DNA from: Thermodesulfobacteriota bacterium
GTDB taxonomy: Bacteria; Desulfobacterota; Desulfobacteria; Desulfobacterales; C00003060
Direction of reading: 5' to 3'
Assembly (NCBI GenBank): GCA_034189385.1
Contig: JAXHVD010000003.1
Coordinates: forward strand, 157,336-221,335
DNA: 64,000 nucleotides
In this document: positions 41,503-51,772 of the stretch, in pieces
How positions within the stretch are numbered: position 1 is the stretch's first letter
Layout of the letters: each line of letters begins with the position of its first letter
Notes under the pieces: generated by a model
What the model was told of the DNA's origin: nothing
The model's database searches: none
Seen by the model: the letters and a program-made list of their open reading frames with translations, nothing else
Made by a program: the position numbers and the translations under genes

Positions 41503-43029
41503 TTAGCCGGTAGCGACCATGGCGAAGAAAGGAGGGCCGACGCTCTCCGTATACGCTGAAAGACCGTCCGATAGCCCAGGACAACTCAGACCATGCTCCT
41601 GTCCTTTCCTGTGCTGAGAATCGTCCATGGATGCAATCTGAGATGATCTCTTGTACGTGGAAATGGGGCCTTCCTCTTTTTTAGGACCGGATGGATGAGA
41701 AGCCCCTTGACGCACAGCCAAGAGGGCATATTTGGCCTTTACGACATGAAACCCTGGCTCCTCATGGAGGGCTTTGATATAGAGATTTGACAAGTACCAC
41801 CTTCCGTCGTATCTTGCGATCCTTCTAAAAACGCTCCCGTGGGCTGCCACCATCATGTCAAAGGCCTCTTTGCTCATGCCCAGAGCTGATGGGGCATCCT
41901 CCATTGGTGTAAAGCCGTGGCTTGCCTTCTTATATTCTTCTTTGTCATGAGACGGTACCGTGAGAATCCGTTTTTCGTAGGTATTGTCTTCATCTCTGAT
42001 CAGTTTTTCAACCAAGCATGATTTCAGCACTGAGATGAGTTCTGCTATTTTCGTGGGAATAACGGATTTTGGAAGGGATGCCAATTTGATTTCTGTCATC
42101 TTACCGATGAGGGCATGGCAATCTTCTTTGATCTTCTGCGCCCGCCAAGTGGCTATTCGTCTGAGCCTTGATTTTTCGTAATGACTGATACTTCTGCCTA
42201 GATACCTCTTTGTACCCTTTGCGCCATATGCGCTCAGGAAGTCCAGCTCATCTTTCACCTCAGAAATCAGGGTCATCCCCTCTCTTCTCCCGCAAATCTC
42301 CTCGAGGAGCCTTTCCATGGCCACCTTGGAACCAGAAAGCGATGTCCGCCGTACCTTTTCTCTGAGGTGTAGAATGTGACGATACCGCTCCTTGGATATG
42401 GTTTTCAGTGTGCCAGATTCATAACGACCGATCCGTTGCTTTAGCAAGCTCGAGGGCCTGATCTTCATGACCCGCTGCAGGTACAGCAATGCCGGCTTTG
42501 CTGTTTCGTAAGGGACTCTCTCCTCGTGGCCGCTCTGATCGAGTTCTTCAATCCACGTCTTTATCTCTCGTCGCTGAAGACCTTGATCAAAGAATTTCTT
42601 CTCCATCTTCTTCTCTACCCGCTTTTCAATGGTCCTTACCCTTCCAGAGAAGATCCTGGAATCGGCCCGCTTGATCTTCTTGCCGGGGTAGAAGTCTTCA
42701 TAAAGGTCTTTCTTCTTGGCATGATGGTTCAGAAACTGCCACAACCGGACCATCGCGCGAAAATAGGACCCATCGACCCTTCTTATCTGCCGGTCCGGCG
42801 GTTTTTCCCCAAATATGCTCTCATAGTCCTGCGCAGAGATGGATTTGATCCTACGATGGGCCAGATTATATACCAAGCTGTATGGCAGTTGCCTTTCACG
42901 CGCAAATTGAGACACCGTGCCCTTAAACATATCCACAACGAAACGACTGAACATCTCTTCCGTTAAGTGGACTCTGAATTGATCAGACCCTTTTGTGAAA
43001 TCCATGGACTTATCCTCCATACCAGTCAT
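41503..43029 (-). CDS. Large basic hypothetical protein with several HTH-like segments
   Basis: Long open frame (track ORF extends to 43308); Lys/Arg-rich; repeated XRE-like segments. Confidence 0.65.
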   Translation of the reverse strand: MTGMEDKSMDFTKGSDQFRVHLTEEMFSRFVVDMFKGTVSQFARERQLPYSLVYNLAHRRIKSISAQDYESIFGEKPPDRQIRRVDGSYFRAMVRLWQFLNHHAKKKDLYEDFYPGKKIKRADSRIFSGRVRTIEKRVEKKMEKKFFDQGLQRREIKTWIEELDQSGHEERVPYETAKPALLYLQRVMKIRPSSLLKQRIGRYESGTLKTISKERYRHILHLREKVRRTSLSGSKVAMERLLEEICGRREGMTLISEVKDELDFLSAYGAKGTKRYLGRSISHYEKSRLRRIATWRAQKIKEDCHALIGKMTEIKLASLPKSVIPTKIAELISVLKSCLVEKLIRDEDNTYEKRILTVPSHDKEEYKKASHGFTPMEDAPSALGMSKEAFDMMVAAHGSVFRRIARYDGRWYLSNLYIKALHEEPGFHVVKAKYALLAVRQGASHPSGPKKEEGPISTYKRSSQIASMDDSQHRKGQEHGLSCPGLSDGLSAYTESVGPPFFAMVATG

Positions 43030-43405
43030 GCAACGCTCTGCTGACCCCCCCCTCGTTGCCGCCGATGGGCGGCCACAAGGTCTTCCTGCCCATGACGTCA
43101 TGGCGCCCTTGGCCTGGTCAAGCTCCTCATGAGGGCATAGTAAAAGGGCGCCACTAGAACAGGAAGGGCCTGAAGCGGAATGCTTTTCTAGGTGCAACCT
43201 TGGGTGCAGCGCTCTATTAATGCATAGACGTCGCCCACGTTTTGGAATCAGAGCAAGACGTGCAACTGGTCCTTTTGAATGGGCCCTGTGTACATGCTCT
43301 GCTCCCAAAATGGCGTTGCCCCTTAAACCTGGTTTATGGGAAGCACGTCACATGAGCAAAGACCTTGTCTTGTGTGCCCATGGGCATGGGCACCTGGCTC
43401 CATGT

Positions 43406-43603
43406 CTACAGTTCCTCCCAATGGATACACTCCACGGGACAGGTTTCCATGGCCTCTTCAATCAGGTCCTCGGGACCTCCTTCTGGCTTGATGACTTCTG
43501 CCTGTTCAGTCTCTTCATCTAGTCTAAACACCTCAGCGCAAATCTCTTCGCAAGACCCACATCCAATGCATTCATCTTCATCTATAATCACCCTTCGAGC
43601 CAT
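43406..43603 (-). CDS. Single-cluster ferredoxin
   Basis: CIGCGSCEEIC...CPVECI, acidic, 65 aa. Confidence 0.92.
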   Translation of the reverse strand: MARRVIIDEDECIGCGSCEEICAEVFRLDEETEQAEVIKPEGGPEDLIEEAMETCPVECIHWEEL

Positions 43604-43969
43604 GGGATTCTCCTTTTTTCTAAAATCAAACTACGCACTACAATGAATGAGCATTTCAATCACCTCAGAAACGCCACACCTACCACTACCCCAATATAAC
43701 CATAGAATGGCATCAATCAAGGTGGTGGATTCAAATCTGAAGGGCACCACTGCGTGCACAAAGGACACGACATGCAGCCCCGCGGCCACATTCCTTTTAG
43801 CCATTGATGGTAAGGTCTCATGTTCAAAGATCTTGCCAAATCCACGGGCGGACCGGAGGGGCCCCCGATCTATCAAAGACCTCGAGCATTTGACAAAAGG
43901 TGCCTCCTTTGATAGTTCCTGAGGTCGTTACCGTCACCTCCTTATAGCTGTTGGCTCTTTTTTTGGGGG

Positions 43970-43998
43970 CCTCCTTCTGCTATCAGGAGGTTTTTTTT
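43970..43998 (+). terminator. Intrinsic terminator-like hairpin
   Basis: CCTCCT-N9-AGGAGG followed by T8. Confidence 0.7.
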
Positions 43999-44202
43999 CA
44001 AGGCTGTGGTAGATCTTCTTTTTACTACTGCCTGCCATATGATTACTCCTTGCCATATGATGCAACGCTGGCGCAAGAGGGACAACCCTGGCACAGGCCA
44101 AACCTGCCTTGTGAGAATGGACCCGCCCTGCAGCAAGCTGCGGGCAAGGCCCTTGCATCACCAGATCATCAAGGGTTCAAAGGGGTATGAAAGGAGCACA
44201 CA

Positions 44203-46131
44203 TTGGCCCTAGAGCATCTGTTTTCTCCCATCAAGCTCGGGACCATGACGGTCAAGAACCGTCTTGTCATGCCTCCCATGAGTCTCAATTTCGGCGTAGA
44301 CCAAGATGGATGCGTGACGGAACAGCATTGGGAGTATCTGGCAGCAAGGGCCAAGGGGGGCGCCGGCATGATCGTGGTCGGAGGCGGTGCAGTCCATCCC
44401 TCGGGACTTGATCTTCCCCGCATGCCTCGCCTCTGGTCTGATCGTTTCATTGAAGCCCTTCGCAAGATGACCGAAAGGATACATGCCTTTGACACCACCT
44501 TCGGCATGCAACTTCTCCACGGCGGCCGCCAGGCCTATCTGAGTGAAAAAGTGGCTCCTTCTCCCATCCCCGCCCTTGCCGTGGTAAAGGGTGTTCCCAG
44601 AGAGTTGACTCGAGACGAGATCAGGGAATTAGTAGTTGCCTATGGGGATGCGGCCTTGAGATGCAAACGGGCAGGGTTCGATTTTGTGGAGATACACGGC
44701 GCCCACGGCTATCTGATCACAGAGTTTCTGGCAGAAAACTCCAATCTCAGGCAGGATGCCTATGGGGGCTCCTTTGAAAACCGCACACGCTTTTTGAGGG
44801 AGATCATAAGAGATATTCAGACCAAGGTGGGGCCCGGATATCCCGTGGGCGTTAGAATCAATGGTGCGGACTATGTGGAAGGGGGATGGACCGTCGAAGA
44901 CGCCAAGAGGCTTGCCCCCGTTGTAGAAGGGCTGGGCGTTCATTGGCTCCATGTCTCTGCCGGCGTGTATGGCTCCATGCCGGTCACCATTCCCTCCATG
45001 TATGCCGATCATGCCTGCTTTGTCCATCTGGCCGAGGAAGTAAAAAGGACCGTCACCATCCCTGTCATCGCCGTTGGCCGGATCAAGGATCCGCAACTGG
45101 CCAATCGCATCATCAGGCAGGGACGGGCAGACATGGTGGCCATGGGGCGGGCTCTTCTGGCCGATCCGGAATTGCCCAAAAAGGGCTATGAAGGCCGCCT
45201 GGCAGACATCAGGCCCTGTATCGGATGCTGCAAGGGGTGTATTGAAAGGGCCCTGGCCCTTGAAGAAGGAACCTGCGTGGTGAACCCTGAAGTGGGGCGA
45301 GAATACCTTCTTAGGAAGAAAGAAGACATGGTCGCACCCAGGAGAATCCTTGTGGTTGGTGCAGGCCCTGCAGGGCTGGCAGTGGCAAGGATGGCTGCCC
45401 TTCGCGGCCACGAGGTCCTGGTCCTGGAAGAGAACAGCCAACCAGGGGGAATGGCCAGGCTCGCCTCTATTCCCCCAGGGCGTTCAGAGGTCATGGAAAT
45501 CATCGAATACTACCTTCGGGAGTTGGATCGACTCAACGTAGAGGTTTGCTTCGACTGGATGCTGGACAAGGAAGGCATTGCTGCCATAAAACCGGACGTT
45601 GGCATCATCACAACGGGGAGTTTACCTGAGATTCCCCAGGTTGCAGGGCTTTTTGACACTGCCATGGCCCTTCACACCGTTACAGATGTGCTTCAGTTCC
45701 ATGGGACTCCAGACCATCGGACAGTCGTGCTGGGCGGGAATATGGCAGCCCTTCAGGTAGCGGATTTTTTGGCTGAAAAGGGAAGGGAGGTTTTTGTCCT
45801 GCACCGTGGCCATCATTTTGCAGAACAGATGGCACCCAATGACAGGACCTATCTCATGGAACGCCTGAAACGACCCGGCGTTCAGCTCTTTAAAGGCGTG
45901 ACCATAGAAGCATTCCTGGAAAAGGGGATTCGTTTCCTGTGGAAGGGGAGGGTGCAGCAATTGGACATGGTCACGGACATCATCCTCTCAGAAGGCATGC
46001 GCTCCAACAGGAAAGCCGCAGAATGGTTTAAAGAGGCCAATATAGAGGTCCATACCATAGGCGATGCAAAGGCCCCCAGAACCCTTCTTGATGCCTTGGC
46101 TGAAGCCGATGAACTGGGCCGGGCCTTGTGA
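44203..46131 (+). CDS. NADH:flavin oxidoreductase (OYE/2,4-dienoyl-CoA reductase-like)
   Basis: KNRLVMPPM, EIHGAHGYL, YGGSFENR, CIGC..GC, VVGAGPAG. Confidence 0.92.
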   Translation: MALEHLFSPIKLGTMTVKNRLVMPPMSLNFGVDQDGCVTEQHWEYLAARAKGGAGMIVVGGGAVHPSGLDLPRMPRLWSDRFIEALRKMTERIHAFDTTFGMQLLHGGRQAYLSEKVAPSPIPALAVVKGVPRELTRDEIRELVVAYGDAALRCKRAGFDFVEIHGAHGYLITEFLAENSNLRQDAYGGSFENRTRFLREIIRDIQTKVGPGYPVGVRINGADYVEGGWTVEDAKRLAPVVEGLGVHWLHVSAGVYGSMPVTIPSMYADHACFVHLAEEVKRTVTIPVIAVGRIKDPQLANRIIRQGRADMVAMGRALLADPELPKKGYEGRLADIRPCIGCCKGCIERALALEEGTCVVNPEVGREYLLRKKEDMVAPRRILVVGAGPAGLAVARMAALRGHEVLVLEENSQPGGMARLASIPPGRSEVMEIIEYYLRELDRLNVEVCFDWMLDKEGIAAIKPDVGIITTGSLPEIPQVAGLFDTAMALHTVTDVLQFHGTPDHRTVVLGGNMAALQVADFLAEKGREVFVLHRGHHFAEQMAPNDRTYLMERLKRPGVQLFKGVTIEAFLEKGIRFLWKGRVQQLDMVTDIILSEGMRSNRKAAEWFKEANIEVHTIGDAKAPRTLLDALAEADELGRAL

Positions 46132-46365
46132 ACAGAGTCATGGATAGAATCCCGAACTGGCCCTGAGTCTCCGCCTCCCTCTTCGTGGCATGTCGCACAT
46201 GGTTCAAGATGACGGCGAAGCCCGCTTGCCTCCGACCCCGCCATAGACCTTAAGCGAACCTGACGGGATCTGGACATTTAAAGATCCATGCTTACCATAG
46301 GAAAATAGCGTGCCTTAGGTGTTTGTATGCAGTCCACCACAGGATGATGGACTGGGGAGACAGCC

Positions 46366-47400
46366 GTGGATTCCATCACCCAAATCGCGTTAGGTGCCGC
46401 TGTTGGCGAGGCCACACTGGGCCGGCAAGTGGGAAGACGTGCATGGTTGTGGGGCGCCCTCTGTGGGCTCTTTCCAGACCTGGACATACTTTTTCCATTC
46501 AGCGATCCCGTCAAGGCCTTTACCTATCACAGGGGCCCCAGCCACTCCCTCTTTGTCCTCGTGGCCCTGACACCGCTCTTTGTCTGGTCCATACGCAAGT
46601 GCCACCCCGAAACGGCCCCATACAGAAACCGTTGGTATGCCTTGGTCTTTTTGGCCTTTACAACGCACGTTCTGCTCGATTGCCTCACGGTCTATGGGAC
46701 ACAGATCTTCTGGCCTATTGCCACGCCGCCTGCCATGTGGTCCACCATCTTCATCATCGATCCTCTCTACTCCGCCCCCTTGTTCTTTGGGGTCCTGGCG
46801 GCCCTTGTCTCCTCGCGCAAGAGGTCCTGGGGGCACCTCGCCAACACGGTCTGTATCGTCGTAAGCGCTGTCTACCTCTTATGGACCGTGGGCGCAAAGA
46901 CCTACGTGACAGGCCTTGCACAGGCCTCTTTAAGACGACAAGAGGTGAGCTACGAGAAAATGCTGACCATCCCTTCTCCGTTCAACACCTTGTTGTGGCG
47001 CGTCCTGGCCATGGATGACAAGGGATACTACGAAGGGTTCTATTCCCTCTTTGATCAGAGCAGGGATGTCCAGATGACCCATTACGCCAGCCATGGCAAC
47101 CTCCTTGAAGACGTGGCCGATCACTGGCCCGTCAAACGGTTACAGTGGTTCACCCACGGTTTCTATGCTGTGGCGCGGTCTGTCGATGACATCATCATCA
47201 AGGACCTCAGAATGGGGATGGAGCCTTTCTATGTGTTTCAGTTCAAGGTGGGAGCCGTCGGCAACGGCCATGCCAACCCCACCAGGAACAGACAGGTCAT
47301 GGATGAACGGGGTTGGGACCAACTGCGGTGGGTCTGGCAGCGCATATGGAAAGAGGACCCTGCCGTCAGGGGCAGGGAGCACCAAGAGGGCCTCAGGTGA
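46366..47400 (+). CDS. Membrane metal-dependent hydrolase (YdjM/DUF457-like)
   Basis: MDSITQ..LG, PDLD, HRGPSHS, THVLLD..T.YGT. Confidence 0.88.
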   Translation: MDSITQIALGAAVGEATLGRQVGRRAWLWGALCGLFPDLDILFPFSDPVKAFTYHRGPSHSLFVLVALTPLFVWSIRKCHPETAPYRNRWYALVFLAFTTHVLLDCLTVYGTQIFWPIATPPAMWSTIFIIDPLYSAPLFFGVLAALVSSRKRSWGHLANTVCIVVSAVYLLWTVGAKTYVTGLAQASLRRQEVSYEKMLTIPSPFNTLLWRVLAMDDKGYYEGFYSLFDQSRDVQMTHYASHGNLLEDVADHWPVKRLQWFTHGFYAVARSVDDIIIKDLRMGMEPFYVFQFKVGAVGNGHANPTRNRQVMDERGWDQLRWVWQRIWKEDPAVRGREHQEGLR

Positions 47401-48407
47401 CTCTGGTGGGATGATACTTCTTGATTTGGCAGGCCTGATGTGAGCCGCATGTGGCACAACCCCTTGGATGGGTGCGACAACCTGCTGAAAAACCGTATGC
47501 ACCAGCTAGTCGGGCACCTGGAAGTACGTACCGGTCCCACAGGGGCGTTGGCAAATGGACTGGCGTTGCTGAAATGTTTGGATGGCCGGACCAGTAGACA
47601 CTTTCCAGGCCGGCATCCTTGGCCATTTTCACACAACGCTGCATGAGCCTTGTCGTTGCACCGGGGTGGCTCTCCAATACGAAGTTTGGTCTAAAAGCCA
47701 GAAAACAGACGGGCAAAGACCGATCAATGCCGGCAATGAAATCGGTTAACGGCTCGATCTCCCCTTCTGTGAGCTCCGGGATGACGACGATTCTGTATTC
47801 CCAGAGTTTGTCCCTTGCATCTCTTCCGATATGCTCGGCATTTCTGAGGATCGGCCTGGACGATGCCCCGGTCAGGGCCAGGTGGACCTCGTCATAATAG
47901 GCCTTCAGATCATAGGTGATGGATGTGGCAAAGGCGAGGACCCTCTCCAGGCTTTTACCCGTTGGTGTCCACATTCACCTTCGCAGCTGACGCCATGCCC
48001 CTGGCTTCTTCAACGACCTGTTCAATATAGGGGAGATGAATGGTCGGTTCCCCACCTGAAAAGGATATCCTGTCGGCCCCTATGAGTCTTGCTGCAAAGG
48101 AGTCAAGGCCCTTTAAGGATGCTTCAGCCAGTGTGTTGGGCTCTTCATACCCTCTTTGGTCGTACCCGCTGTCTGGGTACTGAGAGGTTGTCCAGCTTTG
48201 ACACTGCAGGCACTTGAGATTGCAGCCAGCCATGAATACCGTGTAGCTCGGCGGGGGCGCCATATGGAGGTGGGCGGCGCCTAAAACGGGCATGGTCATC
48301 TTGCACACCCCTGTCTCTCCTGCCAATCTGTTCACCCGGCATCGATGTTCGCAAAGCTCACAATTTTCGAACTCCTGAAGAGCATCCAGGTTGGTCACCT
48401 CCGTCAC
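47393..48407 (-). pseudogene. PFL-activase-like radical SAM protein, frameshifted
   Basis: CELCEHRC, GCNLKCLQCQS, SGGEPT, DTNG then TAA at 47955; continuation SLERVL..ITYDLKA in another frame. Confidence 0.75.
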
Positions 48408-48518
48408 CTCCTCTCTTTAAGGGATACCGGTTTCATCTTTGCTGGTCTCCCAGGCCCTCCCAACACCCGGCCGGAGGGATCCCTTTTGGTTGTGACCACA
48501 GGCGACCCGTCTCTTCGC

Positions 48519-49106
48519 CTATGACCCTTCCAGTTTTTTCCGGATCAACTCAATCAGATCATCGGGGGTCTTATTTCTGAGAATCTCGTTGAACTGGCTG
48601 CGGTAGTTCTTAATGAGACTGACGCCTTCGATGACCACGTCGTAGACTCTCCACTGTCCCTTTTCCTGGATGACCCTGTAGACCATGGATATGGGCTCGG
48701 TTTCCGTGATGATTCTGCCTTCCACGTCTGCATAATGGTCCGACTTGATCTTCTCCTTTTCAAAGATCACTTTCTCATCTTTGTAGGAGAGGATTCTATC
48801 CATGTAAACCTCTGCCAGCAATCTGCTGAACAGATCTGTGAATGTGTGGCGCTGATTCGGATCCAACTTTCGCCACCCCCGTCCCAGGGTCCTTTTGGAA
48901 AGCTCCGGAAAATCAAACATGGTCTGTACCATGGTCCAGATCTTCTCCTCCTTGGTTTTCCGCTCAAGTGCTGGGTCCTGCAATACACCCAGCACCTGAT
49001 GGACGTGGCCCTCCATTGTCTCAAGAGGCGTTGCTGAAACGGCCGGTATGGCCCAAAACAAGAAGACGGCAGCGACTGCCTGGATCCCCAGTTTTGCCTT
49101 GCCCAT
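48519..49106 (-). CDS. mlaC: MlaC/Ttg2D phospholipid-binding protein
   Basis: FDF..LS..TLG..W, WRVYDVVIEGVSLIKNYRSQF. Confidence 0.9.
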   Translation of the reverse strand: MGKAKLGIQAVAAVFLFWAIPAVSATPLETMEGHVHQVLGVLQDPALERKTKEEKIWTMVQTMFDFPELSKRTLGRGWRKLDPNQRHTFTDLFSRLLAEVYMDRILSYKDEKVIFEKEKIKSDHYADVEGRIITETEPISMVYRVIQEKGQWRVYDVVIEGVSLIKNYRSQFNEILRNKTPDDLIELIRKKLEGS

Positions 49107-49127
49107 GATCTGCTCCTTCGCCTTCCT

Positions 49128-49583
49128 CTATTCTTCTTTCACTTCCCCAAAAGCAAACCGGCCGATGAGATCGCTGATATTCACCGGTGGCTGGGTGTCC
49201 AGAATCGTATCTCCTGCCTTCAACGGGGAGAGGGCCCCCCCGGGATCGATGTTCAAGAACCTGTCTCCGATCAATCCGGCTGTCTCAATGGAGGCCACGG
49301 CGTCTCCATAGATCTTGATATCCTTTCGAATCTGAAGTTCCACCACGATCACCTGCTGGTCCTGATCCATGCGAAACCCTTCCACTTTGCCCACTTCCAT
49401 ACCGAGCATCTCTACCACATTACCGACCTGCAAGCCTGAGACAGAACTGAATTCTGCATAGAGCCGATAGGTATCTTTTCCGAAAATAGAGACGTTACCA
49501 AACTGAACGGTGATGTATCCCAGGCATGCCAGCCCAAAGATCACAAAGATGCCAACAAGGAGCTCATGGGTATACTTTTTCAT
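49128..49583 (-). CDS. mlaD: MlaD MCE-domain protein
   Basis: ELLVGIFV, F..VSGL..G..V...G..VGKV, ASIETAGLIGD. Confidence 0.9.
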   Translation of the reverse strand: MKKYTHELLVGIFVIFGLACLGYITVQFGNVSIFGKDTYRLYAEFSSVSGLQVGNVVEMLGMEVGKVEGFRMDQDQQVIVVELQIRKDIKIYGDAVASIETAGLIGDRFLNIDPGGALSPLKAGDTILDTQPPVNISDLIGRFAFGEVKEE

Positions 49584-50832
49584 TAACCGTTACCTCCCGG
49601 CTTTCGCACCGAAACTGTGCAATCGTTGTTCCTTCAGAGTGGGCCGTATCGATCACCGTGTTCACATCATCGTCCGACGTTCCTTCTGCCAAGCCTGCCG
49701 AAATGGCAAACTCGAAACACTCTTTCTCCAAGAGGCGGGCATCGGACCGGATATCCGTCATCCCCTGTGTCTTCAAGTCTCTCACAAAGGCATCCAAAAT
49801 GCTTCTTGCCTCTTTCAGATCGGAAAATGGCAGCACCGTGACAAACTGGTTGCTGAACAGACGCGATGAAAAACCACCCACGACCCCAAAATGTTCATTA
49901 ATATACTTACTCAAGGCCTTGACAACCTTCTGGGCAGCCACATGTCCTACGTTTCCTTCGATCCTTTCCCAATCGTCCAGAGAAAACACGGCCACTGCAA
50001 AGCGATCATTGAACCCGTCTCGTTTCAGCGTTTTTTGGTACCGAACCCTGAAGTTTCGTCTGGAATAGAGGCCGGTGAGATGTTCCTGCAGGCCCTCAAG
50101 GCTTTGTATAAACTCGTCGACGTATGGATGCTCAAAGTCATCCAGCGCCTCCGGTGTCCCCTGGAAAACGATTTTTCCTCCATCCAGGACCAAGAGGCGG
50201 TTTGAAATGAAAAAGACATCTGGGATGTCATGACTGATCAGAACGGCGGTAAATCCATATTTTCGCTGGTACTCGGAGATCATGCCCAAGATGGCATTCC
50301 GCCGAACAGGGTCTTGGCCCGTCGTGGGTTCATCAAAGAGCACGATCTTCGGTCCCGTCACCAGGGCCCGGCTCAGGGCCACCCGCTTTTGCATCCCGCC
50401 AGAAAGCTGGGCAGGGTATTTGTCGGCCACCCTTGTCAGTTCCGCTTGCTCGATCCTCTCCATGACCCTTTGCCGGATCTCTCTCTTATGCATGTTTGTC
50501 GTCTCCTGCAAAGGCAACGCCACGTTTTCAAAAACCGTCAAGGAATCGAACAGGGCGCTGTTTTGAAACATGTAACTGATCTGGCTCACATAGGCGTTCC
50601 ACTCGCCTTTCTTCATCTTGTCGATGTTTTTGCCTTCAAACAGAATGGTCCCTTCGTCGGGCCTCAGAAGTCCAATGATGTGCTTGAGGAGCACACTTTT
50701 TCCAGCACCACTCTTGCCGATAATGGTGGTCACCTGGCCCTCACTGATTTCCAGATTCACCTTGTCGAGGACGGTGTGGTCTCCGAAACGTTTGGTCACA
50801 TCTTTGAATGCGATCATCGGCGCGTTCATCAT
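49564..50832 (-). CDS. mlaF: MlaF ABC ATPase fused to a degenerate GGDEF-like domain
   Basis: GKSGAGKS, LSGGMQKRVAL, FDEPTTGQDP; C-terminal LTGLYSRR...GH...RLFSNQF...ISAGLA. Confidence 0.85.
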   Translation of the reverse strand: MMNAPMIAFKDVTKRFGDHTVLDKVNLEISEGQVTTIIGKSGAGKSVLLKHIIGLLRPDEGTILFEGKNIDKMKKGEWNAYVSQISYMFQNSALFDSLTVFENVALPLQETTNMHKREIRQRVMERIEQAELTRVADKYPAQLSGGMQKRVALSRALVTGPKIVLFDEPTTGQDPVRRNAILGMISEYQRKYGFTAVLISHDIPDVFFISNRLLVLDGGKIVFQGTPEALDDFEHPYVDEFIQSLEGLQEHLTGLYSRRNFRVRYQKTLKRDGFNDRFAVAVFSLDDWERIEGNVGHVAAQKVVKALSKYINEHFGVVGGFSSRLFSNQFVTVLPFSDLKEARSILDAFVRDLKTQGMTDIRSDARLLEKECFEFAISAGLAEGTSDDDVNTVIDTAHSEGTTIAQFRCESREVTVNEKVYP

Positions 50833-50836
50833 TCCA

Positions 50837-51652
50837 TCACAACAATAAAGAGGTCACCACATAGTCTGCCACGAGAATGAAGACACAAGACAAAACCACT
50901 GCAGCAGTCGTGGAAAGCCCCACCCCCTTGGCCCCGGCGCTATCAGTGCGCATATGGGTGAAGTACCCTTCAAAGCAACAGATGGTGGATACAAGGACAG
51001 CAAAAACCAGGGACTTGATCGTCCCCCCGTTGATGTCCGACATCTCCACACCGGACCGGACCCCATGAAAAAAGGTCCCGTCATCGAGCCCCAGCAGCAG
51101 GACTGAGGAGATATATCCCCCCACGATACCGGTGATGTCAAATACGGCCGTCAGCAATGGAAAGCTGACCAAGGCCGCCGCCACCCGGGGGCTTACCAGA
51201 AAACGGAGTGGGTCAATGCGCATAGTGGTCAATGCATCAATCTGCTCAGAGACGCGCTGCATGCCGATTTCGGCCGTCATGGACGAACCGGCCCGGGCCG
51301 TGATCATGATGGCCGCCAAGACCGGGCCCAATTCCCTGATCAGAGAAAGGGCCAGCACAGATCCCAAGGCCCCTTGTGAGCCCACCTGGATCAGGGTGTG
51401 ATAGAGCTGGAGCCCCAAGACCATCCCCGTGAAAAGACCCACCAAGATGACAATATTCGTAGACCTGGCCCCAATGAAATAGACCTGTTCCAAAATGGGC
51501 GCCACCTGCTTGGGATGAAAGATGCGAACCAAGGCTTGAAAAAGGAAAATAGCAGCCGCGCCCATCTCTGCAATGAGCCCCATCACTTTCTGGCCCAGAC
51601 AGGCAACCGGGGCTGTCAGGGACTTTCTCTGTGTCATCCATTCTCTTTCCAT
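50837..51652 (-). CDS. mlaE: MlaE ABC permease
   Basis: RELGPVL...RAGSSMTAEIG..RVSEQIDAL..M. Confidence 0.92.
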   Translation of the reverse strand: MEREWMTQRKSLTAPVACLGQKVMGLIAEMGAAAIFLFQALVRIFHPKQVAPILEQVYFIGARSTNIVILVGLFTGMVLGLQLYHTLIQVGSQGALGSVLALSLIRELGPVLAAIMITARAGSSMTAEIGMQRVSEQIDALTTMRIDPLRFLVSPRVAAALVSFPLLTAVFDITGIVGGYISSVLLLGLDDGTFFHGVRSGVEMSDINGGTIKSLVFAVLVSTICCFEGYFTHMRTDSAGAKGVGLSTTAAVVLSCVFILVADYVVTSLLL

Positions 51653-51772
51653 AGGGCCATCCTTTTCGAATTCATCTGGGGCATCATTGAGATTGAATAC
51701 CCACCGAGGGACCGTGGCCTCAACCCGCTGCCAGGACCCCTCTTTGTCAAGCCGTCTGGAGATAGCGTGCCG

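Noticed and set aside
45882..46277. Minus-strand ORF containing CATCH (CxxCH heme motif)
   Set aside because: Overlaps the OYE gene antisense, has no signal peptide; likely chance.
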